Positions 24,801 to 37,030 of a DNA stretch of 64,000 bases are shown here, one piece after another. Each line of letters begins with the position of its first letter. Within the stretch, counting starts at the first letter, position 1. Origin of the DNA: Centroscyllium fabricii (Eukaryota); assembly GCA_051313645.2 (NCBI GenBank), contig JBNRSN020000011.1, positions 125,860,001 to 125,924,000 on the forward strand, in the 5' to 3' direction. The translations under genes were made by a program, and so were the position numbers. The notes beneath the pieces are model-generated. The model ran no database searches. It was not told the DNA's origin and saw only the letters and a list, made by a program, of their open reading frames with translations.

Positions 24801-27800
24801 TAGTTCAAATACATTTGTCAGATTAAGGGATTTTTTATTTGGATAAAATAATTATTTTTGTGAAATTGAACATGTATAAAAGAGTGTGTTCCATACAAAA
24901 TGAAGCTGAATGTTAAGTAGCCCTTCTACAAAATAAATTAATTAAATTTAATACTCATTTTTGCTTATGTTTCTTGGTGGTTATTGGAAAGCTTTAATTG
25001 GTTAATCAAACACAGTATGATACCTGAGACCCAAAGGCAACTCTGCTGCCCCTCGAGCAATGAAAAATACAGCAGTTCTGTTAGGGGTATAAATAAAGTA
25101 AATGTTGGTCACACAGTTACATGGTTATCCTGGAAAAATAATGAAAATAATAAAATTGATCAGATTTGGTCTTGAATTTTCCCAGTCTGAGAGACAGTCA
25201 TATGTTGAAAAGCATCAGATATTTGATAGCAGCCACATCTTTTGTAAATTACATGAGGATTCAAGAGGCTAAAAATGACATGTTGGGTCTGTGCCGTGAA
25301 TCTGAGATGTGGGCTTAAGCCCACCTCTTGTCTCTCAGAGCACAGAGAAAGAGGGAGAAACCCTGAAGTTCTACTAATTTCTTGCTCATTTGACAGATTG
25401 CAGAGCAGTGAAATGGTGGGACGGACTCCCACCGAGACAACACAGCTATAACCAGGGGATAGTTTGTGTAGCAATTGTTTGCTCTGACCCTCAAAAGCTC
25501 CTGATCTGTAACCGTGAAATCTCTAATCTCACGGTGGCAGGAGGGAGGAGTAGAAATCACACATTCCACTGACACACAAAATTATTAGAATCATGGCTTA
25601 TCTTGTCTAATCATACACTAAATATCCGATGCAGATAAAAGCATATCATGAATTTGTCCTTGGTTTATTTTCAGGATATTCTATGAACAGACTCAAAAAT
25701 CCAATACAAGTTAAGTAGATTAGAGTTTACTAAAACCTTAGCATTATCTTTAAAGAAAAGTTTAGAATAAAAACATTGCCATTCAAAATATGTTGAATGT
25801 GCGACATTGCGGAAAGAAATCTTAATCTTAACTGGATTCAAATCATTCAGGAACAACATAATTTAATGGTTCCTGAAAGATCATTTTTTTCCGTCTTTCT
25901 CAGAACATAAAATGTACAGAAATAACAGTACATATCTGGTTGGATAATAATTTAAAGGCCAAAGTTGCTTTTCAAGTTTGGAAAAATTATTCAGCAATAA
26001 AATGGTTTGAAAGGTAAATGTTTTAAAAATAACAAAAGTTTGCATCTTTTGGATTCATCATCTGGCTGCACTGTATCTAAACATTACATTTTCTGTTTTC
26101 TTTAGATTTGTTTCTGTTAAACCATTTTACATAAGATCTCCCCCTCTGTTGTCTGAACAAATGTTTGAACTGTTGAGTGGAAAAAAAAGGGATAGAGCGG
26201 AAAAAAAAGCTGAGTGCAGATGGTGTAGTGTTTTCGATGGCCTTCATGCAACCAAGGGGTGTTTTCCATTCCCTTCCTCTATTGTGCAGAAGTTTCTTGA
26301 GTGGGTGTGAACGTTCTCCCCTCTGTCTCACTTTGTCTTTTTCTCCTCAATGCACACTTTCAAGCCTTTCCCCTTGTTAAGTCCAGTGTGCAGTGTCGTG
26401 AATTAAAAATGAGTAGCGAGAGACGCTATAAAATAAACTCCCTGGAATTGTGGGTGGCCGTCAGGAACCCAGACAAAGCTGAACCTGAAAAACAAGACAC
26501 AGGCAAAACACAATTTATAAGGAGGAAAAAATAACCTACCTGAAATGTTTTTTGTTTGTGGTTAGAGATTTTTTTCAACAATGTTTCAATGTTAGTCTGG
26601 TATTAAAATGCAATATGCCATGGATTGAGCATCAAAAGGTTTTTAAGCACAGAATTTCAGTGGGTGTTTTGTGTGTGTCTGCAGCATAAATAATGGTAAC
26701 TTTATGGTTATTAGGTGCAAGTAAAGACACAGTGGCATACAAGCGAAGAACACCAGCTCGCCTTCAAAAGAAACAGCCTGGCATAAAATGTTCTGATAAT
26801 TGCATTACTGTGGGGTTTAGTCTTTTTTTGTGTCTGATTTGTCCCTTAAGCCAGCGTAACGCTTCTGCTGCTGAAGGAGAATGTGAACTGCAAATCGTAG
26901 GCAGAGCGTGAATGACACTACATGGTACACTGCTGCTTTTAAAAAAAAATCTTTCTCTCTGACTTCTCTGCCACTGCCATTCAGCGACAGCCCCTTCCCA
27001 CTCCCCAATTCCTTCCTGCTCGCTCCCCACATGTGCGCACGCACATACACACAAAAAATATATGGCAAAATAAGAAGCTTCACAAACTGGGTTTGTGTGA
27101 TTCAGTGTCAAGTTGAACTTGTGTATTACAGTTGGCAGCTATCTCAACCTCATAACAAGGAGAGATTGCATCTCTCATGTGAAGAGGGTTCCTTGGATGT
27201 GAAGTATTGGTTTTGGGATAGGTTAAGAGGGGCCACAGCAACATGAGGATTTCAAGCCATATATCCATCTGTAATCTGACAAGATGCTGCTTTTTTGCAG
27301 CCCCTGAGAGTTTGCTCACGGAGGATTTTCCCAAATCTTTCTTTTTTGCTCTAGAAAAAAGGTTATATGAGTGCACATCATTTCTGAGTATTGCCATTCG
27401 TATTAAAGGCAAGACTGTAAGTTTGGTATTTTAATCTCCAAAGTAGGACAGTGATAGTCATATTTCAGTAAAATTCCTGTCTAAGTATTTCTGTTAATTT
27501 TACTGAATTGGCTGTACAGTTCTCAAAATGAAAAATGGGCAAACAGAAAGTGGATGAATGGTAAGAATAAAATATTTTCTTTAAGTTTAAAAAAGTCCAA
27601 AGAAAAGTAATATTTTAAAATTTATCATTGCATTATTTAAGCTTGGTTTCCTCTATTTTCTATAGATGCTATCACAGCATCTTTTGGGGTGGTATTGATC
27701 GACACAGATCATGAAAGTCTCAAGTTCAATCCTGATCTATTCTGAGTTAGTTGTTTTCAACCATGGGGACACTACAATTGCCCTCCGGGAAACCTGTGCT

Positions 27801-28049
27801 AGGAGAAATAACATCCACGTTTCTTGCTCCAAATCATTTTGCAGGGACCCCTGGTGAGAAATGTATGTGTGTAGAAATTAAGATGGCTGGCTTGGCTACG
27901 ATGTCCACATTTGAATCGTCTGCCATCTCTCACTATATAGGATCACAAATAATGAATGGCCACTCTGAGGTACCAGAGGCTGAGGTATCTGAGGAACCAC
28001 AGCCCAATATAAGTGAAGTCTTTTTGCTGTTGGCAAACCTTGGCCGATT

Positions 28050-28530
28050 TTTTAAAAATTAATTGATGGGATGTGGGCGTCGCTGGCTGGCTAGGCCTGC
28101 ATTTAGTGCCCATCCCTAATTGCCCTTGAGAAGATGGTGGTGAGCCGCCTTCTTGAACTGCTGCAGTCTTATTGGTTTTCGTAGCGGTTGTTTACAACTG
28201 AGTGGCTTGCTGGGCCATTTCAGAGGGCATTAAGAGTCAACTACATTGCTGTGGGTCTTGAGTCACATGTAGGCCAGACCAGGTAAGGACAGCAGATTTC
28301 CTTCCCTAAAGGACATTAGTGAACCAGATGTTTTTTTGCAACAATCAACAATGGTATCATGGTCGCCATTACTAAGACTAACATTTAATTCCAGAATTAA
28401 ATTAAATTGAATTGAATTTAAATTCCACCAGCTGCCGTGGTGGGATTTGAACCCTATATCCTCAGAGCATTTTACTGAGCCTCTGGCTTACTAGTCTAGT
28501 GACATAACCACTACGCCACCGCCTCCCCCC
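28050..28530 (-). mobile_element. tRNA-derived SINE with a LINE-derived tail
   Basis: Minus-strand head GGCGGTGGCGTAGTGG...GGTTCAAATCCC (A/B boxes). The tail (LQQFKKAAHHHLLKGN*) is shared with fragments at 24240-24343 and 55720-55925. Confidence 0.75.
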
Positions 28531-30051
28531 TTACTTTCTTTGCCTGTGACATATTTTAGATTTGCTGTAATGGTGAGGGGGATGGTTGGTATGAAGAGCA
28601 GTGGACAAAATATACTATTCTTAATTGTTTTGTGCTTCCAAATCAGAAGCGCATTTTTGCATTTCATGAGACCGATTAAAACTTCTCCAACATTTAGAAA
28701 CATTTTCCAGTGCACAGCTTTCTTCTCGTGGCTCCTTGCTGTAACTTAACATCGACATCGGATTTGCTTTATCTTCAGCCACCGATTTCTGCAGGTTAAC
28801 ATGTTGACGTAAACTGTTACACAGTGAGACATTACCCGCCACTCAACCAGCACCACCACAGAGATACACTGCTGGTAATGTGTCATTCATTCCATTTAAA
28901 TGTACTTCACGCCTGTATGATTTGCAAAATGCAGTGGATTACTTCCAGATGCTGGCCAGACTTTGAGAATACTGTTGGCACTTTTTGCTGGTTTAAAAAA
29001 AAATCAGCAACAACAACTCAGATTGTGCAGACAGCGATACAACATAAATCCTTACAAACGTGTACTTTATTTCTTCTTAAAAATGTTATTCTTTTCAATT
29101 GAGCAGATAGTATATCTCATTCTGTTTCTAATTAACTAAGGTTATAACAATCAACAATAATTGAGCAGTTAGAAACACAAAGAAGACATGTAGAATATAT
29201 GTGAGTGTGTTGGTTATGTTTTTCTCTAATCCCATTTGCTATCATTAGTCTAGTTTGAGAAGTTGACTTTCATCTTTTTTTTACAAAATCGTGTTTGGAA
29301 AAGGAATGGTAACAAGATGCCAGGTTTGTGTGTATTTAAGGTTAAGATGGTCTATAATCAGAGTAGATCCAAGCTTATCAAGCCAGCGAGTGTTGAAATG
29401 CCACCAAAGTTTTCTGCCAAAGTGGCCATCCCGCCTTGACAGTCATAATGTGGCCTGTCTTCTGACCCTTAAATGCACTCAAAAGGATCAGGTTTTCTGT
29501 ATTATCCAAGAGCTTGAAAAGGACCAAGTAAAATGGGGCTTTTGTTAATTCTCTCTCTTTCTCCTTTTTTTAAAAATCTAGTGATGACTGCTGTTTTTTA
29601 TTGGGACGGAGACAGTGGTGACTGACTGTTAGCAAGCCATCTGTGCATGTAAAAACTGTACAGCGCTTGGAAAAGAAATCTTTTTAACCAGCAATATTCA
29701 CTGCATTAACTCTTTTGTTAGCTCTTTGCTTTTAGTGGGCAAAATACGGCTGCACACAAAATTCGAGCTTATGTCAAATGATGCTTCGAAACCATTTGCA
29801 TTTGTTTTTTTCTTCCAGTTTTTATTATTTGTTTCATTCCCCGCCCCTTTTTTTACCCTATTTTACTCGCCCTTGCAGATCATTCACCACAACATATGCT
29901 CTTCCAATGAGCAGGGCGGGTGTTTTAGGCATACTAACTTCTCCATGTCTGGCTTAATTAACAATGTTCTCCCTTGCTGATTGGCCAGTGAGATAGATGG
30001 CAAAAATATTTTTTTTGACTTTTCTTCCCAAATGCCTTATTTCTGCATGGG

Positions 30052-30068
30052 GCTCCATCTAGTGGCCC
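30052..30068 (-). promoter_or_regulatory. Candidate CTCF site
   Basis: GGGCCACTAGATGGAGC closely matches CCASYAGRKGGCR. Confidence 0.45.
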
Positions 30069-32057
30069 ACTTAAGGTTGATAAAACGCACCTGATTTGAG
30101 GGGGTGCAGTGGGAGGAGCGGGGCCAGGGTAGCTCTATGAACTCATAACTCATCCTTTTGGTTGGAAGTCAGATGAATCGAATAATTTTAAATTCCTTCA
30201 TTTGTGTTGAATCCAGGATACCTTGGTACACTGTTGTCATGCTGCTATACAGTTGAAGCCAGGCCATGGCTTCAAGCAAAATCAAGTATTGTCATAGCCG
30301 ATGAATCATGTCATTACTTTGATGGATGAAAGAGGGTTATGCTCGAGAAAAGGATAATGAAAAGTGCGACCCTATGTTAAAAGATGGAAAATTTAAATAA
30401 CCTGCATTGTGCTTTAACACCACCAATGGGAACACCATTGCTAACTCCTTTTTGCCGTGCACTCTGGGTAGTGTAATATTTGCATATTGATTCATCATTG
30501 GCCCGCCGGCATCTGTAAGGAATACCTATTATATTCACATGTGATCACATGCTGAATTGTCATTGGCCTGCAGGCATCTGCAAGGACAGCTACTGTTTGG
30601 AAAGATCTGGATCAGGGGTCCTAAAGCCACACTTTCCCCAGTGGTGCTGGCTGAGTAAGATCATCAGACCTATTGCTAAATAAATGAGTTAAACTTTAAT
30701 ACTCCGTTGTCCTGCAATTTATTATTTTTGTACAAAGTGTGCAAAACAAGATGGGTAGGATGACATTAACATGACTGACCACCTATAGTCATGCTCTGTG
30801 ATTTTCTACAAACAAATTTCTGGCTTGTTACAAGTTTAGGGTCTTGCCTTCGATATTCTTTCGGATAAGGTGGTTCTAGTGACTCCCACAAGCATTCTGA
30901 GCATTTTACATTTAGGGGTGTGGTCGTACTGCCCAATTTTTAACTGTACAATAGCATAACTCAGCTGTGTAACAATAGTGTCCCTTTCTGATCTGAATTA
31001 AATATGTGTGTGCTTCTTCAATTTCTTCGAAGGCAGACTAAGAAAATACTTGATAAGATGAGGCTGATACAAATTTTAAGCTGCTTTATTTCACAGCAAG
31101 TAAACGTACCGAACAACAGTAATGATCTGATTCACTTACTTCAACAGTACAGGTTGTCTTCACATAATAGTTTAAGCTTTCTGCTTAAAGCCTGACTATC
31201 TTTGCAGTCTTTTCTGGACTTAACTGCCTTCCTTCCTGAAGGAACAGTGATTTATTTCCAAGTCAGGATGGTGTGCGACTTGGAGGGGAACTTGGAGGTG
31301 GTGGTGTTGCCGTGCACCTGCTGCCCTTGTCCTTCTAGGTGGTGGAGGTCGTGGTTTTTGAGGTGCTGCTAAAGAAGCCTTGGTGACATGTTGCAGTGTA
31401 TCCTGTAGATAGTACAGCCTGCAGCCACGGTGCGCCGATGATGGAAGGAGTGGATGTCTAAGTCTGTATCACAGGATCGCCCTCCTGTAAGATTATTTTC
31501 TTTTCCCTTTTCCTCAAAGTGGTGACCAGTTTTGGGGGTTTTGTATCACAGGTGCTAACCACCCTCCTGCCCAAATTGCCATTCTTCATATACATTGACA
31601 GGCTGTTCAACCATGCAGGGTGATGTGACAAAAGCGACTTACACATCAATAACTTTAAGCAAAGCTTTAATCAACTATTTACAGAGTTAGAGTTTAACAT
31701 GCTTACATAGGGAAGCATCATCTCATACTGGATAGCAGCAGAATTTATACTACTAGACAGGAAGTGACGTATATACAGGAAGTGACATGTATACAGGAAA
31801 TTATGTCACTGGAAGTTCATATGCAGAGTTCATCAGACTTTCTGCCGGAAGTCTCAATATCATCACACAGGGCGTCACAGCTGAGCCTGATCTGGTACGC
31901 ACTCAGTATCCACACTTGTCTACTTTCATTTAGAAGTCACTGGCTAGCTGTCAGGAATGGGAGCTCTGGATGATTTACTTCTTCCCCAGCTTAGAGTACC
32001 AAGCCCATTTTATAAAACCCCAAATGCTTCCCAGGTTCACATAAGTTAACTTACCTT

Positions 32058-32420
32058 AGGCTTGACAGGGTGGATGCAGAGAGGATGTTTCCCCTCGTGG
32101 GGGAATCTAGAACTAGGGGGGCACAATTTCAGAATAAGGGGGCACCCTTTTAAATCGGAAAGGAGGAGGAATTTCTTCTCTCAGAGGGTCGTGAATCTTT
32201 GGAATTCTCTTCCCCAGAGAGCTCTGGAGGCTGGGTCATTGAATATATTTAAGGTGGCGATAGCCAGATTTTTGAAAGGTAAGGGAGTCGAGGGTTATGG
32301 GGAGCGGGCAGGGAAGTGGAGTTGAGGCCAAGATCAGATCAGCCATGATCTTATTGAATGGCGGAGCAGGCTCGAGGGGCCAAATTACATACTCCTGCTC
32401 CTACGTCTTATGTTCTTATA
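32058..32420 (+). mobile_element. CR1 LINE 3' end
   Basis: GHNFRIRGHPFKSERRRNFFSQRVVNLWNSLP...; TCTTATGTTCTTAT tail. Confidence 0.88.
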
Positions 32421-32477
32421 ATCGAAACTGAGGAAACTGAGACCTTCTGTTTGGCTTAGTGTTGTACTGGATAATAA

Positions 32478-33217
32478 TGGCCCAAAAATTCGGGTTGGAG
32501 GCTTCCCGCGAGTGCAAGCCTCCAACCCGCACTTATGGAGCGCGCCTGCCGTTCCCGATTCCACCCGCTTGAAATCCCGATCCGAGGCCGGCGTGCCGCA
32601 CTCGTGCCTCTGAACGTCAGAGTTAGTGCGAGGATCCGCACGGGATCACGTGGTCCGCGGGGAGCCAATCGGAGCAAAGAATGCTCCATTTATAAGTTTG
32701 ACAGGAAGACCTGTCAAACTTATGAATTACTACAGCGCCAAAACCACACTAAATCTTAAAATATTTTTTTTTTAAATCACATTTTAAAAAATTATTATCA
32801 ATCACATAAATGAGCTATTTTAAATAAAAAATAAAAATTTTGAAAAAAATAATTAAAGTATTTAAAGGGTCTAAAAACAACTTACCTTTCTTTAAATTAT
32901 TTAAAAATGAAAAACCTGTGGAAAAAATGTTTAAATTGAATAAAATAAAGACTTACCTGATGAAATCCACTCTTTGCGCTTGAAAATATCAGCCGTAAAT
33001 TTTTCAAATACTTACCCTGATACAAACCTGTGAAAAAATTGGAAGTGCAGTGCGCACCTCCTGGCGTGCATGTGAACATCTGACCCCTTCTGTCCCTGGA
33101 TCGGAATTGCCGGTTTTGCGCGCATGCGCGGTGCATGCCGGAAACCGGCAATTCTGATGGGCCCACGCGTGAGTACACCATCTGTACTCACGCATTGGGC
33201 GCCGAATTTCTGGGCCA
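32478..33217. mobile_element. PIF/Harbinger-type MITE, family B (inverted relative to 35199-36780)
   Basis: TIRs TGGCCCAAAAATTCGG / CCGAATTTCTGGGCCA; GC-rich ends, AT-rich centre. Confidence 0.8.
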
Positions 33218-33574
33218 ATGCCTTTACCCATTATGCCATTGGAGGAGAATCCTATAAGATTTTTCATTGCATATTTATGTCTGAGGCAAACACTGAGCAG
33301 TTTCTCATTTGATTGCAATTCAGCAATGGCTGACAACATATGAGAGGGTAGATCTACAAATATAAATAGTTTTAATCAGCATGCAATGTCAATATATAGA
33401 GGATAATAACTTGTAGTGATTCAAATGGTAGTAATTCAGTCAAGTGGTTCTCTCGTAAGCAAAGCTGGAGTGGTTTATGAATACGAATAAAACAATTGAA
33501 ATTGAAACCTTTGCCCCCGTTTTTTTGGCCAGCAGCTGTTGCTGATGCTTCTGATATTCCCATTTACACCTCAA

Positions 33575-34630
33575 AACCCATCATTTGTTTCTTTACTTGT
33601 ACATTTCTTTACCATCTTCTTTTGCCTTACAACATCATCCCTTTTGTCATTTAATCTCTCCTGTCTTCCACCCTATCACAGTCCTTCCCTTTTGTTCTTT
33701 CCTCCCATCCCCCCTTTCTCTGCCCCTGCACTTGCTTAAAATCTGTTACATCTCTAACTTTCTCCAGTTTTGACGAAGGGTCATCGACCTGAAACGTTGG
33801 GGGGTATTTTCATGTCCCCGTGCGGCGGGGTTTTCAGCGGCCCGGCCGGCAAAATAACACAATCAGCAGGTCCCACCCCCCTCCCCGCCATATCCCTGCC
33901 GCTTTCTCATTTTCGCCCGCCCCGAAACCTTCCCGCCGCCGGCCGGCAGGGATGGGTTGTCACCTTGTTAAGGGCCCTTAATTGGCATCTTTAATGCCAT
34001 TTTAAGGGCCCTCAGCCATTTTGCCCTGTTTCCCGCCCTAACCCCGCCACCCTAAACCCCGCAGCACAGCGCTGCTTATTACTTTCTCCTTCAAGGTGTG
34101 AAGGACATGATGCCAAATGCTTGGCATGCCTCCAGCACCTTAGAGGAGTAAGTAACTCCGCTGTGGCTGCAGCAGCTGTGAGCAGAAACTGAGAAAACTC
34201 AGGTCTGAACATTTCCTCACAGCTGCTGCGAGCTGTGAGTGATTCTGAGCCCGCCCGCCCACCTGTCAGTCACCAGCACTTGACCGTTCCCATTGGTTCC
34301 ACTGCACTGTGATGTCACAGTGGAGTGTTTCCATGGTAACTGTCAACAACCAGTGCTGGAACTGTCAATCAAGCTGCTCGCAGCCCCGATGCAGCCCGAC
34401 TCAATTGACCTAATTACCTCCCACTGCCGCTGGCGGGGATTTAACAACCTTATTAAACTAAAATTGTGTGGCCTTCCCAGCTGTTTGGGCAGGCGGGGTC
34501 GGAGGCGGTCCAGACCAATCCCCGCCAGGTTCCCGCCCTTCCGGCGAAATCCCCCCCGGTTAACTCTGTTTCTCTCTCCACGGATGCTGCCTGACCTGCT
34601 GAGTATTTCCAGCATTTTCTGTTTTTGCTT
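33575..34630 (+). mobile_element. Penelope-like terminal fragment with hammerhead-like core, split by a MITE
   Basis: AGTT-TTGACGA-AGGGTC-ATC-GACCT-GAAA-CGTT | MITE | AACTCTGTTTCTCTCTCCACGGATGCTG. Confidence 0.65.
33799..34557. mobile_element. PIF/Harbinger-type MITE, family A copy 1
   Basis: GGGGGGTATTTTC ... GAAATCCCCCC termini; GTT duplicated near the ends; near reverse complement of 43331-44131. Confidence 0.8.
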
Positions 34631-35198
34631 CTGTCAACTTGTTGTAGGATATAGCATTTAATGGCTATGGCATTTTGAGGTTTTTTCCTTTAAAAGAAGA
34701 CCCAGAAAATGGTGGTACAGGCTATAGGCCTGATTTTTGCGGGGGCATGAGGCCTTACAGGCCGCAGCTGTGGGTCAGAAACTCAGCATCTGACCACGTG
34801 GGACCAATTTGCAGGGCACTTGAGTTTCTGATGGATAATTTGGGGGGCAAAAAATAAGGCTATCCTACCAGCATCTGTAGGCTTATTTTAATGAATCGCT
34901 TCATTAATGGTCCTATGGCAAATTTCACATCTTTAGGCAAGCCACAATTCAAGCACAACTCAAGCCTGTTTTACATCGCAGCCAATTTCCTTTTCTATTG
35001 AAGTTAATATAAAAGAAAATCCATTGCGGTGTAAAATGAGCTTCCAATTCGCTAGGAGTTCATTTTGTGTGACTGGCTAAGATCAGTTTCAATCCTTGGT
35101 ATGTATTGCCCTCTGAACTACTGGTGCAGGTGTGCCTACTCCATGGATCAGCACAACCCTATTTTTGCATGTCTTGCAAAATCGGGGCTCATATATTA

Positions 35199-36780
35199 TG
35201 GCCCAGAAATTCGGGTCCCAACGCGTGTGTACGCACTGGGTACCCACCCGTAGACCCATCCAAAGTGCCGGTTTCGTGCATGCACAGCGCATGCACGCGA
35301 AACCGGCACTTCTGATCCCCTGATTGGAGGGTTCAGAGGTCGGACCACATGCGCGGGAGTGGCAGCGCGTGCGCACTGCACTTCCGCTTTTTTTTATAAG
35401 ATTCTGTGTCCGGGTAAGTATGAAAAAGTTACGGCTGATATTTTAATGTGTAAAGCCTGATTTTAACAAGGTAAGTGGTGAATTAATTCAAATTAAAACA
35501 TTTTTTTCACAGGTTTATTATTTTTAAATACTTTAAAGAAAGGTAAGTTTATTTTTAGCCCTGTCTGAAAAAATAATTAATTTTTTCAAAATTTAAATTA
35601 TTGTTTAAAATAGTTATTTAATGTAATTTATAGTTATTTTTAAAAATGTGATGTTTCTAAAAAAATTATTTGAAGATTAAGGCCAAAATGTTCATGTCCC
35701 CGTGAGGCGGGGTTTTGGGCGGGTCGGACGGCAAAATAGCGGAACCGGTGGGTCCCGACACCCCCGCCGGATCCCCGCCGCTTTTCCATTTTCCGTTGCC
35801 CTGTCTCCCCACCACGAATCTTTCCCGCTGGCGGCTGGCGGGGATGGTTGTTAAGCTCATTAAGGGCCCTTAATTGGCATCTGTAATGCCATTTTAAGGG
35901 CCCTTAGCAATTTTCAACCCCTTCCCACCCAAACCCCGCCATCCTAAAACCCCGCTGGTGAAACCCAGCAGGAGCACAGTGGTCTTGCTAACTTTCTCCT
36001 TCAAGGTGTTGAAGGACCTAGAGCAAAATGCTTCCCAGGCCTTCAACGCCCTGGGGGAGTAAGTCACTCCCTTGGGTGAAGACCAGCTGTGGGGAAAATC
36101 TTAGAAATCTTACCTTCCCAACTCCATTGACAGTTCCATTTACAGCCGGCCTCTAGCTGTCAAAGAGTAGCAGCCCGCCCGCCTACCTGTCACTCAAGAG
36201 CACTTGGCCTTTCCCAGTGGTTGCACTCCATTGTGATGCCACAGTGGAGTGTTTCCATGAGAACTGTAAACACACAGTCCCCGCAGCTGTCTGACAACCT
36301 CCTGGAATCCCGTTTGAGCTCCGTAATTGCCGACTCCACTGATGCAATTACCAGGGGCACCCCACACGCGGTGGTTTAATTGAGCAATTAAAGGAAAATA
36401 GCGTCAGCCTCCCAGGCCCTTGGGCGGGCGGGACAGGAACCTGCACCGACCAATCCCTGCCAGGTTCCTGCGTCTCCAGGAAAATCCCCCCCTTAGTGAT
36501 GTTTTGGGGCTTGTAGTTTTCATACTTTTGACAGGTCTTCCTGTCAAACTTATGAATGGAGCATTCTGTGCTCCGATTAGCACTCCGTGGCCCACGTGAT
36601 CCCACGCAATCCATCGCACTAACTGCGCCGCTGGGATACGTGAGCACAGCGTGCCGGCAGTTGGAGGAGGCCCAGCATCAGAATTCCACATGGGCCCACA
36701 GCTCAACGGCTGGCGCGCAAGTTAATTGCAAGTTGGAGGCTTACACACGCGGGAAGCCTCCGACCCGAATTTCTGGGCCA
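35199..36780. mobile_element. PIF/Harbinger-type MITE, family B, with a nested family-A copy
   Basis: 19-bp TIR TGGCCCAGAAATTCGGGTC / GACCCGAATTTCTGGGCCA; TTA TSD on both sides. Confidence 0.88.
35680..36492. mobile_element. PIF/Harbinger-type MITE, family A copy 2
   Basis: TTA TSD at 35677-35679 and 36493-36495; internal homology to copy 1. Confidence 0.82.
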
Positions 36781-37030
36781 TTATGTATTAGAATATACTG
36801 CACATTATGCATTTATAAGAATCTAAAGTATTATCAGAAAAAAAATATTTTAGATAAAATATGCTGCTATTTATATTGTATGTGGTGTAAGAATATCCTA
36901 AATACTATAAGTAGGGAAATTCATAATATATCATAAACTATTAGAAAATATACTATACACATTATATATCACAAAGAGGCTACAGATACTGGGTAAAATA
37001 TGCTGCATAATATGTTAAGATAATCTCCTT

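Noticed and set aside
30485-30595. Two imperfect ~40-nt direct repeats
   Set aside because: Short decayed local duplication with no further structure.
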